DNA of 64,000 bases from Chiloscyllium plagiosum (taxonomy: Eukaryota), in assembly GCF_004010195.1 (NCBI RefSeq), contig NC_057751.1:232979-296978 (forward strand), given 5' to 3'. The position numbers were made by a program, and so were the translations under genes. Position 1 is the stretch's first letter; the number at the start of each line of letters is the position of its first letter. Below, piece after piece: positions 32,741-44,700 of the stretch. The notes below the pieces were generated by a model. It did not search any database. It was not told the DNA's origin and worked only from the letters and a program-made list of their open reading frames with translations.

Positions 32741-35700
32741 GTCTGTCTGGACCACAGTAGGTACTTGTAATTTCCCCACTGTAACATCATTTACTATAGT
32801 CCTTCAGCTCCCTCCAATTTCTGCTGAATCCTTTGTTCTATGTCTTACTCAAGTACTTCACCCCATTGCTGCCTGGCCCTTCACATCCCACCCTCTCTGT
32901 AATCTTGACCCATCCATGAATTCTGTTACTTGTGTTTTAATTCACAGCAAATCGCCTTTCTGATCATCCTGTGCACACTGACCTACACTGACTCTCACTA
33001 CAGCAACTCCCTGATTTTTAAAATTCTCATCATTTGTTTGAAACTGCTCCTTGGCCTCTCCCCTCCCTACCTCTGTATCTGTTAGCAATACTGCAACCTT
33101 CAGAGACTGAAGTTCTGGCCTCGTGAACATTCCTCATTCTGAAGTACTGCATCAGACTCCATCGAATGGTTCAACAAATGAGGGTTGTAAACAGAGGAGA
33201 TGTGATCAAACAGCTCCCATTGCCAGAGGACACAGATTCAATGTGATTGTCAAAAGGAACAATGGCGGTGTGAGCAATGCACTCTTTCATGCATCCAGTG
33301 GTGCTATCCAAATGCAATTTCACTGCACCTTTCGATTGTTGTTGTCCCTCCCACTGTCATTGCATTCAGTCAAAGAAGCAGAAAGCTAGAAGCGAGGCAG
33401 AGGAAATGGAGAAGTTCACAGATTGAGGAGGAAGGAAGTTCAGCGCTGTGTCTTCAGAGAAGGCTGAGAGTCTCAGTGACGATCACCGCAACCCTGTCAT
33501 TTGCAGTTTGACCACATCCTCTCGGAACACAATCAGCTTCTCTTTTATTGTTAAACCAGACTGGGGCTATCAGTGACAAACAACCTCTCCCAGATGCTCT
33601 TATTTTCACACACTGCCTGGAGATGGAGAGAAACAGGGATCACTCCTCTGACTACGATCATTATTCCAGGTCTGGAATAGTGCCAGGAAAGTCCTACCCT
33701 CTTCATTGTTTGTTTCTGGGAGGGGTGTCACTGGCAAGACTAGGATGTACTAGTTGACTGGGGCAGGTGATGATGTTGGTGAGCTGCCTTTTTTAATCAC
33801 GGAGAGCAGGTTTGACACAACGAGTGTCCCTCAAAGACGCAGTGAAAGGTCAGGGTCAGTGCCATTGAGGTGGTACTGGAGTTGTATTTTAGGTTGGGAG
33901 GGCAGGTTTCCTTCCTCAAGGATCTCAATGAGCCAATGGGATTTTGAGACAATTCCACAGTATTAGTCACTTCAGTTTGGAGAAGATTTTCTGTTTTGTT
34001 TTGAAACTGAATTCTAATTCTCAAAGGATTATCATACGATTTGAATTCCCACAAGACTGAGAGAAATCATCAACCTGACTGCGCCTTCCATACCATTCCC
34101 AATCCTTTCAATTCCCTTTATACCCAAAAATCTGTCAATCTGAGCCGTGAATATAATCAACTAAGCACCTATAGCTCGCTGAGTATGAGAATTCCAAAGA
34201 TTTGGCACTTTCTGAGGAGGTTTATTTTTGTTACAATCCTAAATTGATTGAGATTGGACCGCCAGGGAACGTCTTTTTCCAGCATCTATCCTGACAAGTC
34301 CCTGCAAGTTTCCTGTTGTGAGATCCCTTCTTATTTTTCTGACGTCCACAGAATTGAAAAGACAATCTCTAGTGGTCCAGGTAGCAGTCAAGTGAACCAA
34401 CCTTTCCTGTACTGCCTGTGGGTCAAGTGTGTCCTTCCTTAGGCAAATAAAGCGTGCACAAGTTAGGTGTGATCTCACCAATGTTTTGTATCACTGGAGC
34501 AAGATCTCCGTCTTCCTAGATTCCAATACTCTTGTTAAAAATAAAGTACCTTTTGCCTTTCTAATTGCCTGCTGTACATACAATTGTGAGAGTCTGAAGT
34601 GGAGTCAAATGTAAACTCTGTTTCTCTTTCCAGAGATGCTGTCAGATCTGCTGTTTTCTCCAGCATTTTGCGTGTTTATTTTATGTCACTATGATCAGGT
34701 ACAAAGTCACCCAGATCTGCCTAAAGTGAACATTTCCCACTCTCTCTCTTGACCAGAAATACCCAAAGTGAAAACTTTACTCTGCACTGGCACGTTCCTC
34801 TCCACTGACCCATCAATCACCCTTGACAGCTCATTTGGGAGCTGTTGTTGAAGAAGTCATCTTGGTAAAGGAATACACCATGAAGTTGAGCATGACTTCT
34901 GACAGTGACTTTTATTGAAAGGCAGATATTTGCAGAGTCCCCTTCCCAAAGTGCTGACCAGATAATGCAGTGGTTATGATCATAGGAAACACAAACCACT
35001 TGTTGATAGAGGGAGTGATATATATGAGAGAATATTCACTCTTCTGCTTCCAGTTGTGGCCCTCGGATATTTTACATTTACCCAAGAGCTGGTGCAGACT
35101 GATTTAAGTGATTGACAGTATCTCTGACATTGCAGCACACCCTCAGTACTCCCTCAGGAATGTTAACCATTCTTTCCTGTTCAAAATTCTCAATTCTCCA
35201 CAACCATTTGATGCAAGCTAGAGTTCAGAGGTCAGCGAGGAACCCACCCAGTCAGGGCATGTTGTAGTTATAGTGTTAAGGAAGATTCCCTCCATCAGAC
35301 TGTGGATATCAGGCCAGGGTCACCGAGTGAGGTACAGAACAATGAGCCAGTGAGCCACATACACAAACACGCTGACAGACAAGATTAACTCACCAATCCT
35401 GTCAGTTCTGACAGCCTGAGAATCTGCTGGGATCCAGCACAGGGACTTCTAACCCAATTCTCTACCTGCTCCACGCTTCTCTCTGCAGTATGGCAGCAGA
35501 CACACTTTGGATTACTCTTGCCCCTCTCTCTCTCTCTCTCTCCCTGTTCAAGTCAGAGATATTGAGTTAAAACTATAAGCGAAAGGCAACATCGGTGAAG
35601 TGGTACAGTTTTAAAAGGGGTACAGGTGCAGAGAAATTTGGGCCTACCTGTGTACAAATCTTTGAAGCCGACAACAAGTTGAACTGGCTGTTAACAAAAA

Positions 35701-36064
35701 CATTCCTCTGGAGGTACCAAAGCAAGGTAATTACCTGTCAGTGGTTAGGTTTCTGTTGGGGTATCGCTTTGAATCCTGGGCATCACACTTGAGGTGGGAT
35801 TTCAGGCCGTGGAGAGGTGAGGAGATTGACTTCTGATACTTGGAAAAGCTGGTACTGTTCTACATCAAGCAAAGAAGTTTACAGGAGATCGAATGTTCGG
35901 TGTTAAAAATCATGAAGGATGACTTGGAAGAAACTTAGTTGTGGCAGCAGGTGATTTTAACCAGATATACAGGGGAGATGGGAAGAATATATTTTTAAAA
36001 AAATATAGTGAGTGGCTCAGATTTGTAACACACTACTGAAAAGGGCAGTGGAATAACGTTCCCC

Positions 36065-36950
36065 ATGGTAGACTTCAGCAAGGCATTTGATAAGGTTCCC
36101 CATGGTAGGCTCATTCAGAAGGTCAGGAGGAATGGGATACAGGGGAACTTAGCTATCTGGATACGGAATTGGCTGGTCAACAGAAGACAGCGAGTGGTAG
36201 TAGAAGGAAGATATTCTGCCTGGATGTCTGTGGTGAGTGGTGTTTCACAGGGCTCTGTTCTTGGGCCACTACTGTTTGTAATTTTTATTAATGACTTGGA
36301 TGAGGAGATTGAAGGATGGGTCAGCAAGTCTGCAGACGACACAAAGGTTGGAGGTGTCTTGACAGTATAGAGTTGTAGGCTGCAGCGTGACATTGACAGG
36401 ATGCAGAGATGGGCTGAGAGGTGGCAGATGGAATTCAACCTGGATAAATGCGAAGTGATGCATTTTGGAAGGTCAAACTTGAAAGTTGAGTACAGGATTA
36501 AAGACAGGATTCTTGGCAGTGTGGAGGAACAGAGGGATCTTGGTGTGCAGGTACATAGATCCCTTAAAATGGCCACCCAGGTGGACAAGGTTGTTAAGAA
36601 AGCATATGGTGTTTTGGCTTTCATTAACGATAGAGTTGATAGCCAGAGACTTTTTCCCAGGGCAGAAATTGTTAACACGAGGGGTCATAGTTTTCAGCTG
36701 TTTGGAGGAAAGTATAGAGGGGATGTCAGAGGCGGGTTCTTTATGCAGAGAGTTGTGAGAGCATGGAATGCGTTGCCAGCAGCAGTTGTGGAAGCGAGAT
36801 CATTGGGGATATTTAAGAGACTGCTGGACATGCATATGGTCACAGAAATTTGAGGGTTTGTACATTAGATTTACCTTACATGAGGATCAATGGTCGGCAC
36901 AACATCGTGGGCTGAAGGGCCTGTTCTGTGCTGTACTGTTCTATGTTCTA
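36065..36950 (+). mobile_element. CR1 LINE RT fragment with internal deletion
   Basis: [54 protein letters not shown], (ttcta)n tail. Confidence 0.95.
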
Positions 36951-37393
36951 AGAAGGTTCAATGATAGGGTTACATGGTAGGACAATGCTAATGGTCAAGG
37001 TCAGTAAATCCCAAGGACAATGTTAATGTTCTGGGACAGGAGTTCAAATACCAGCACTGCAGGCATTAGTATAGCGGGGATTGAAAACTTTAGTTTGTTG
37101 AACTCTGTCCTCTCTTCGGTCTGTCTTTAAAGCAGTTCATTCTAAGCAAGCACCCACTCACTCAGCTCCCTGATCTCTCCTTCCATGACGCCATATTACA
37201 CTTTGATAGATCATACCATATTGGGAAGCACACAGGGCCCGGTCACTCTATGAAAAGGGGCTATGTAAATGCAAGTTTTTGTGTGTAACATGCTGAGGCA
37301 ATGAGCCTGTAAGTCGTGAGAGTTTCCAACAACTCTGTTCCATGGCCACAAAACACCTGAAAGGAAAGAATTCCTGAATCTGTGATATCTTTT

Positions 37394-37399
37394 TTTATT
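37394..37399 (-). terminator. Candidate SORBS3 polyadenylation signal AATAAA
   Basis: tttatt on + strand, preceded on the minus strand by UGUA/AU-rich 3' UTR end; ~1.3 kb after the stop codon. Confidence 0.6.
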
Positions 37400-38394
37400 G
37401 GAAAGTAGAGGACATTTATACAAATATATGATGAGTAAATAGTGACACAGACGAAAGACTGAACTCAGCACGATTCCTGGTACACAACTGTGAGGGTCGA
37501 GCACTAGATTCTGCAGACAGCCACAGCACAAAGATCACAAACCCACCCCGGGACACAGTTAGAGACAGCCAAAAATATCAGCAGCTGGATCCCTTCTGAA
37601 GACAGCAGCCTGGAACACTTTCCACGTGGAGAGGGCACCTCCTCCTACAGCCTGGGATCATCCTGTGCCTGTATTCTGGCACTGTCTGCTCAGCACCTTG
37701 CTATTTGAATGTGAATGGCGACTCACTGACAGTCCCCATCACCCCACCAGTGCCATTCCTTTATAAGGAGCTCGCGGCCCTGGGCTGATCTCAGCAAACA
37801 GAGTCTGGACTCTCACAGTCTAGACTCTCGCAGCCTGCAGTTTCACTGTCTGGGACTCACGTAGTTTGGGACTCTCCCGGTCTGGACTCAGATAGAGGTC
37901 TGCTTTGTGGCTGTTCAGATTGTCCCCTTCTGAAATGCAGCATGGTTGCTACCTTTCACTGAAGCTCTCGGAGAACCTGACAGAGCTGACTGGATATGTG
38001 TGCATCAGAGGATTGACTGATGGGTGACTGTCTCAGTATGTGAGGGGGTTCCCTGAGTAACTGTCCATTCCCAGTATGGGACGACTCCAGGGTAAGGAAT
38101 GATAAGCTCGATCCTGCACACCAAACACTCAGCAGTACCCCCAGTACTCCCCTTCACAGCACAGTCACTCCTGTAGCTGGGAGTCATGTGATTCCTTTTG
38201 ATTCATCACAACACTCCCCAACTCTCCACCCCGGCCTTGAGACACACTTCCACTCGGATCTGGTAGATCCCATCAGTTGATTAATCTCTTCTAGATCCAG
38301 TTCCGGTTCAGGTCCACACTGAGGAATAATGAGTAGTCGGAGGACAGGTTTCAGATCACAGGTCTCAAGGAGATATTATCTGACCTTAAAGTGA

Positions 38395-38640
38395 CAAACA
38401 GAGAGACAGAACAAGAGAGAGAGAGAGAGACAGAAAGAGAGAGATTGAGAGAGACACAGAGAAGAGGAGGAGAGAAAGATAGAGAAAGAGAGACAGAGAG
38501 AATGAGACAGTAATAGAGAGAGGGTGAGAGAGACACAGAGGCAGAGAGACAGTGCACGAGAGAGAGACAGAGAGACAGAGGAAGCGACACAGCAAGGGAA
38601 AAACTGTGAGATTGAGAGAAATACAAAGAGGGAGAGAGAG
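38395..38640. repeat. (GA)n-rich low-complexity tract in SORBS3 3' UTR
   Basis: Imperfect gaga/gaca repeats. Confidence 0.85.
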
Positions 38641-38690
38641 TAATCAGGCCTGAATAACTGTAATGAAGGTCATGTTGTTGATGCAGAAGA

Positions 38691-38752
38691 TTAAGCTGGT
38701 CGCACATAGTTCCCAGGGAATGTTCCGAAATTGTTGGTCCGGCGAGATGTAC
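38691..38752 (-). CDS. SORBS3: SORBS3 last exon ([20 protein letters not shown])
   Basis: SH3-3 C-terminus; ctaccttgcAG acceptor. Confidence 0.95.
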
Positions 38753-41700
38753 CTGCAAGGTAGAGACAGAATGACCAAGCGAAGAAGATCAAGGCTACAC
38801 CTTGAATCTGCTGTGTTACACAGCTCAAAAACTCCGAATGCGAGGGTTTTCTTGAGGCTGATATGTGAGAGCACAGGACTTACCTACAAACCAGCCATCA
38901 TCACATTTCTCCATCACATCGACAAGGTCACCTTCCATCAGTTCCAGTTCATCGGCATTCACTGGATGGTAGTTATACAGTGCCCGGTACCTGCGACACA
39001 GAGACAATTTCAGTCACATGGTATCAGCTGACCAACTCTTCTCCCCAAGAAATCCCACGCCATTTCCTCCTTCCTCAGAGAGCTATCACTCTGTCGACAT
39101 CTTCAGACCAGGCTATCTGTATTACTCCTGAGGACAGACTGGAGAATAATGGACCGTCTCCAAATGCAATCTGGCTCTTTCCTCTGAGACACAGTGGGAT
39201 TGGATTTTCAACCCCATCAACACCTCGACCACCGATCCTGATCTTCCCAGGTATGATACCTGAGTGATTCCCTCCAATACCATCGGATCCCATCCCTAAA
39301 AGTGGAGTGAACGAGTTAGGGTTACTCACGGACTCCAGCTTTCACCAATTCCAGTTCTGGTATTTTCTGTCTGGAATCCAACAAGCTTCATAGGAGTCCT
39401 GTGAGATTGCAGTCTGGGGTCAGAGGACACCTGAAATGATCCAATCAGCAGAGGAGAAAGAGTTGAGTTTGAGAAGCAGCAGGGTCAATGGTGCCCTGAC
39501 CTCACCTGTGTGCCCATGGGAAGTGGGCACAGCGTGTTTGTACCCAACTAAGGACAAATCGATCATGAGAGAGAGAGAGACTCGATGCACTCCCTGTGAA
39601 ACCACATCCGGCCACTCTGAGCTAACCTTCTTCAGCAGTCTGACTTCTTCTTGCACACTTTGCAAAGTCAAAGGTCACATGACATCAGGTTATCATCCAA
39701 CAGGTTTATTTGAAATCACAACCTTTCAGAGTGCTGCTCCTTTGATAGGCGAAGTGCACATTATGCACTTTTACATTCCCATGGCCAGCAGACACAGCCT
39801 GGTGTTCCCATACTGTTTCTGGGTCAGAATAGGACCCCCAGTGGGGCTGCTCTCCATGTGCTTAACGTAACTTAATGGGTGCAATCTGGGAAGTGTGGCC
39901 CAAGGTGGTTTCTGATCAGAAGCATGGATTCTGCGCTGCCTGTCATTCTGGTCTCTTGGAGGAATCTGATTGACAGATTCAGAGACTGGGAGAAGCTGCA
40001 GCTTCTTCTGGCTGTTCTGATCTCAGTCCAGAGCAGGGAGGACACAGGTCGGGCTCTGAAGTTGTGGAACTCAATGCTGAATCCGAGAGGTTGTAAAGTA
40101 CTTCAGTGGCAAATGAGGTGCTGTTCCTCCAGCTTATGTTGTGTTTCATGGGAATTTTGCAGTAGACCCAGAACAGAAAATTTAGTACAAGAACAAGTTG
40201 GTTGATTCAAATGGCAAGCAGCTCACATGTCAGAGCTATTCCTACGGACAGAGCAGATGTGTTTTGCAAAGTAATTACCCTGTCTGCATTTGGTCTTGCC
40301 AATGTAGAGAAGACCGCATTGTGAGCAGTGATTTAGAATACTGGATTTGGCCAGAGGACCTGTTTCTACACTGCAGGGATGCTATGATTCTAAGCACAAG
40401 GAAATCACTGCTTTACTGGAAAGTGTGCTTCAGTTCCTGGACAGTGAGCAAGGAGAAGTGGAATGTTAGGCCTTCTGTGATTTCTAGGGAAAGTGCCTTG
40501 AAAAGGATGAGGACGTGTGGGAAGTGACAATGGAATTTACCAGGGTGTCACAGAGAGAATGGTCCCTCCGGAACGCGGAAAAGGGAGGGAATGGGAAGAT
40601 GCGTTAGGTGGTGTCAACCTGCTGGAGGTGGCAGCAATGGCAGAGGTTGACTCTTTGATTTGTGGATACTGGCAGTACTGGCATGATACCCTATCATGTT
40701 CTGGGAAGGAGGGGAAAGAGTGAGGGCAGAAGTGCAGAAAATGGTTGAGGGCCCTATCAGTTATAGTGGGAGGGAATTCTTGGCTGAGGGAAGAGACAGA
40801 CATGTTGGAGTGCCCCTGTGGAAGGAGGGATTATTGGAACAGACATGATGGAGATAAGACAACCTGGGAGAATGGAATAGAGTCCTTACAGGAAACAGGA
40901 CGTGAGGAAGGATATTGAAGGTACATGGCAAGTCACTGGGTTTGTGGCCAGCCTATCCCCAGAAATGGAAATACAGAAGTCAAGGAAGGGATGAGTCAGA
41001 GCCAGACCAAGCGAAGATGAGTGAAGGAAGCAAATTGGAAGCAAAATTGATTATTCTTTTCAATTCTGGACAAGCAGCATCATTGATATACAGGAGAAAC
41101 AGGTGGGGTGGGGACCCAGATAGGATTGGAACAAGGAATCTTCTGGACCCACAAAGAGACAGACATAACCGGGAACCATGTGGGCACCCATGGCTACATG
41201 TTCAACTTGGAGAAAGCGAGATCAGGTAAAGGAGATGCTGTTCACAGTCAGAATGAGCTCAAGCAGGTGAAGGAGGGTGGTTTCGGATGGAGACTGTTGA
41301 GCCTCTATTTGAAGAAGAAGCAAAGAGCTTTCAGACTGTCCTGATGGAGGGGGATTGGGGTGAAAGGATTGTGCAGGAGATGGATAGAACCAGTGGAACC
41401 GCTGCAAAGTGTCAGAAAAAAAATCACAAATGTAACTGGGGAGAGGCTGGACAAGGAGGGAAAAGTCAAGTCAAGATAAGAAATGAAGGTCAATGGGACA
41501 GGAACAGGCTGAAAGGCCATGTCAGCAAGGGTAGTCCAGTTTGTGGATTTGGAAAATAATATGGTGGAAATGTGTCAATAGATAATAGGTGCAGGAGTAG
41601 GCCATTCAGCCCTTCGAGCCTGTACCGCCATTCAATATGATCATGGCTGATCATTCCTAATCAGTATCCTGTTCCTGCCTTATCTCCATAGCCCTTGATT

Positions 41701-44700
41701 CCACTATCCTTGAGAGCTCTATCCAACTCTTTCTCAAATGAATCCAGAGACTGGGCCTCCACTGCCCTCTGGGGCAGAGCATTCCACACACCCACCACTC
41801 TCTGGGTGAAGAAGTTTCTCCTCATCTCTGTCCTAAATGGCCTACCCCATCAGTCCAGATTCCTCCCCAGAAAGGAAAGTGTTTGTCCCCTCTCTGAAAT
41901 AGGAAATTATTTGGAAGCTCCTTGAACTGCAATTGCTGCTTTTCATGAAACTTTCCAGAATGGATTCAACTCCATTTTGTACATTCCTTCTCAGAGTGCG
42001 GGTATTGCTGCCAGCTGAACATCCTGAATTGTCCCAAGATGGTGCACAGGGTGTTATTGTAAATTCATTAGCTTTTCTTCTGTGGCACATGGGCAAACAA
42101 TGCTCTGATTTAATTATTCTTATTTTTGTTTTCATATTTGTCCACAGCTTTGTCCCTCCCTGTGTCAGCCATCTCCTTTAGCACCACAAGCACTCCTCGA
42201 ACCTTGGCTTCTTGTGCAATCCAAAACTGAATCACACCACCATTGGTGACTGTGCCTTCAGTTCCCTCAGCCTCAAGCTCTGGGATTCTCTCCCTGCAAC
42301 TCTCCACTTTGCTTTCCATCCTTAAAACCCTCCTTCAGGCTCACCCCTTCGACTGAGGGTTTAGTCATCCGTCCCTCATATATCCTTGAGTGGCTCACTC
42401 TTGTATTTTATTCTAGAATGCTCCTTGGGACATTTTGCAACATGAAGGATTTATATCAACTGTGATCAAGATCCATAAATATATCATCGACTTTTGGAAA
42501 TTTTGTTTCTAAAGTGGAGAAATGATGTGTAGCTTTAAGTTTGACTTGTATGTCTATATTGTGTATATTAAGAAGGGGAGACATGGTTTCACTTCACACT
42601 TGTTATGCTAAGGGTGTTGGAATGTCTAAAGTTTATTGACATATACATTTATGTGAGGATTTACAAACTTGATACAGCCTGAGTTGAATACCAGTACATG
42701 AGGGAAAAAAATGTCGAGATAAATAATCTGCTCTTATCTAGTGACAAGAGTCCAGCATCTAGATTAGAGTGGTGCTGGAAAAGCACAGCAGTTCAGGCAG
42801 CATCTGAGAAGCAGTAAAATCGACCTTTCGGGCAAAAGCCCTTCATCAGGGATTGATGAAGGGCTTTTGCCTGAAACGTCGATTTTACTGCTCCTCAGAT
42901 GCTGCCTGAACTGCTGTGCTTTTCCAGCACCACTTTCATATAGACTCTGGTTTCCAGCATTTGCAGTCATTGTTTTTATTAAGAGTCCAGCATCACAGAA
43001 CGACAGAATAATCTTGGTCAGGCAGTCTGGAGGTTCAGTCAAAGCAAAAAAGTGGCTTTTGTTTCGCAGTCTCCATCAAAGTCAGGGGCTGGGACAAACT
43101 CCTGAATGTTTTAAGAGAAAAGAAAATCTAGAAACAGAAAACTGCTGAAGCTAAGGGTATGGAAGATCCATGGGTTTGTTCTGAATGTGCATAGAAGATA
43201 TTAAAAAGAAAGTTCCGGAAACAATACTCCAAAGGAACAAGGAATATTAAAGTGAAGAGAGGGTAACCCTACACTGCAGTTTGAGTATTCTGTTAGATTG
43301 CTATTCACTGCAAAAATTTGAAAATTTATTCCTGATATTTATAATAAGACATTTCAAATAGTTCTTGTATAATGTAATTAAGTTGGTATTTTCTTTTACA
43401 TTTACAAATAATGAACTTTCTGTCCTTTTGTTAAAGTACATTGGCAGCCTCTTGTGAAGACATTCAGTGATTGCAAACAAAAAGCAAAAATATAGTTTAG
43501 AATCTATCCAACCAAATCTCATTCTGGGATCCAATTTATCCAACGTGGCATCCATTAGGGTGACAACACAAATCAAGTTGTTTGCAATCGCTTACCTGGG
43601 AGGTCTGCACTGGTTGCTTAGTGGAGGATACAGTCGCCATAGTTCCTGTGCCTACCGCTGGTTGAGGCGGTGGTGACGACAGCTGCCAGGAGAGAGGGTC
43701 AACGGGACTGCCTCCGTGCTGACTGGTTGGCAAAGCTGGCATTGCATGCTGATTGGTGTTCGATGCTACAACTGCCTGCTGTCTGCTGGTTGGCATTGGT
43801 ACAGAATAGTGATTGGCTGGTTGTCTGGTCAATGAATCTGATCCCTCCATTTTTGTGGAGACTGGTGAGCTGGGGGAATAATACTGGGTTGGTAGAGTTG
43901 AAGAAGTATTGGGGTAATGCTGAGTTTGGGCGATGGATGGGTTGGTGGAGTAATGCTGGGTTACAGGGGTGTGGCGTTGCTGGGTTGGCAGAGTTAGTGA
44001 AGTGTTCAGATATTGCTGGCTTATGAGAGTGGGGGAGGTTTTCAGGTATTGTTGGGTTGGCAGAGTTGATGAGCTGTAGGTGTATTGTTGCATTTTAGGG
44101 GTAGGGTTGGGGGATGTTTTCAGATATTGCTGGGTGGTACAATTNNNNNNNNNNNNNNNNNNNNNNNNNNNNNNNNNNNNNNNNNNNNNNNNNNNNNNNN
44201 NNNNNNNNNNNNNNNNNNNNNNNNNNNNNNNNNNNNNNNNNNNNNNNNNNNNNNNNNNNNNNNNNNNNNNNNNNNNNNNNNNNNNNNNNNNNNNNNNNNN
44301 NNNNNNNNNNNNNNNNNNNNNNNNNNNNNNNNNNTGCTGGGTTGGTACAACTGGTGAGCTGTTGGGGAATTGTTGGGTTTTTGGGGTAGTGTTGGGGGAG
44401 GTTTGCAGGTATTGCTGGGTTGGTACAACTGGTGAGCTGTTGGGGAATTGTTGGGTTTTTGGGGTAGTGTTGGGGGAGGTTTGCAGGTATTGCTGGGTTG
44501 GTGAAGTATCACCATGAGATAGGGTTGAAGGGCTCGGTGAAACATTGCAGTGTTGCTGCATTGGAAAAGTTGATGGACTATGGGGGGACTGCTGACTTTG
44601 GGAGACTGGAACTGAGCCAACGGCACTCTTGACTTTTGGACTTTTCACCACTTGTACGTAATTGGCCGGAAAGATTCCTTGTCGGTTGGTGCCTGTTATT

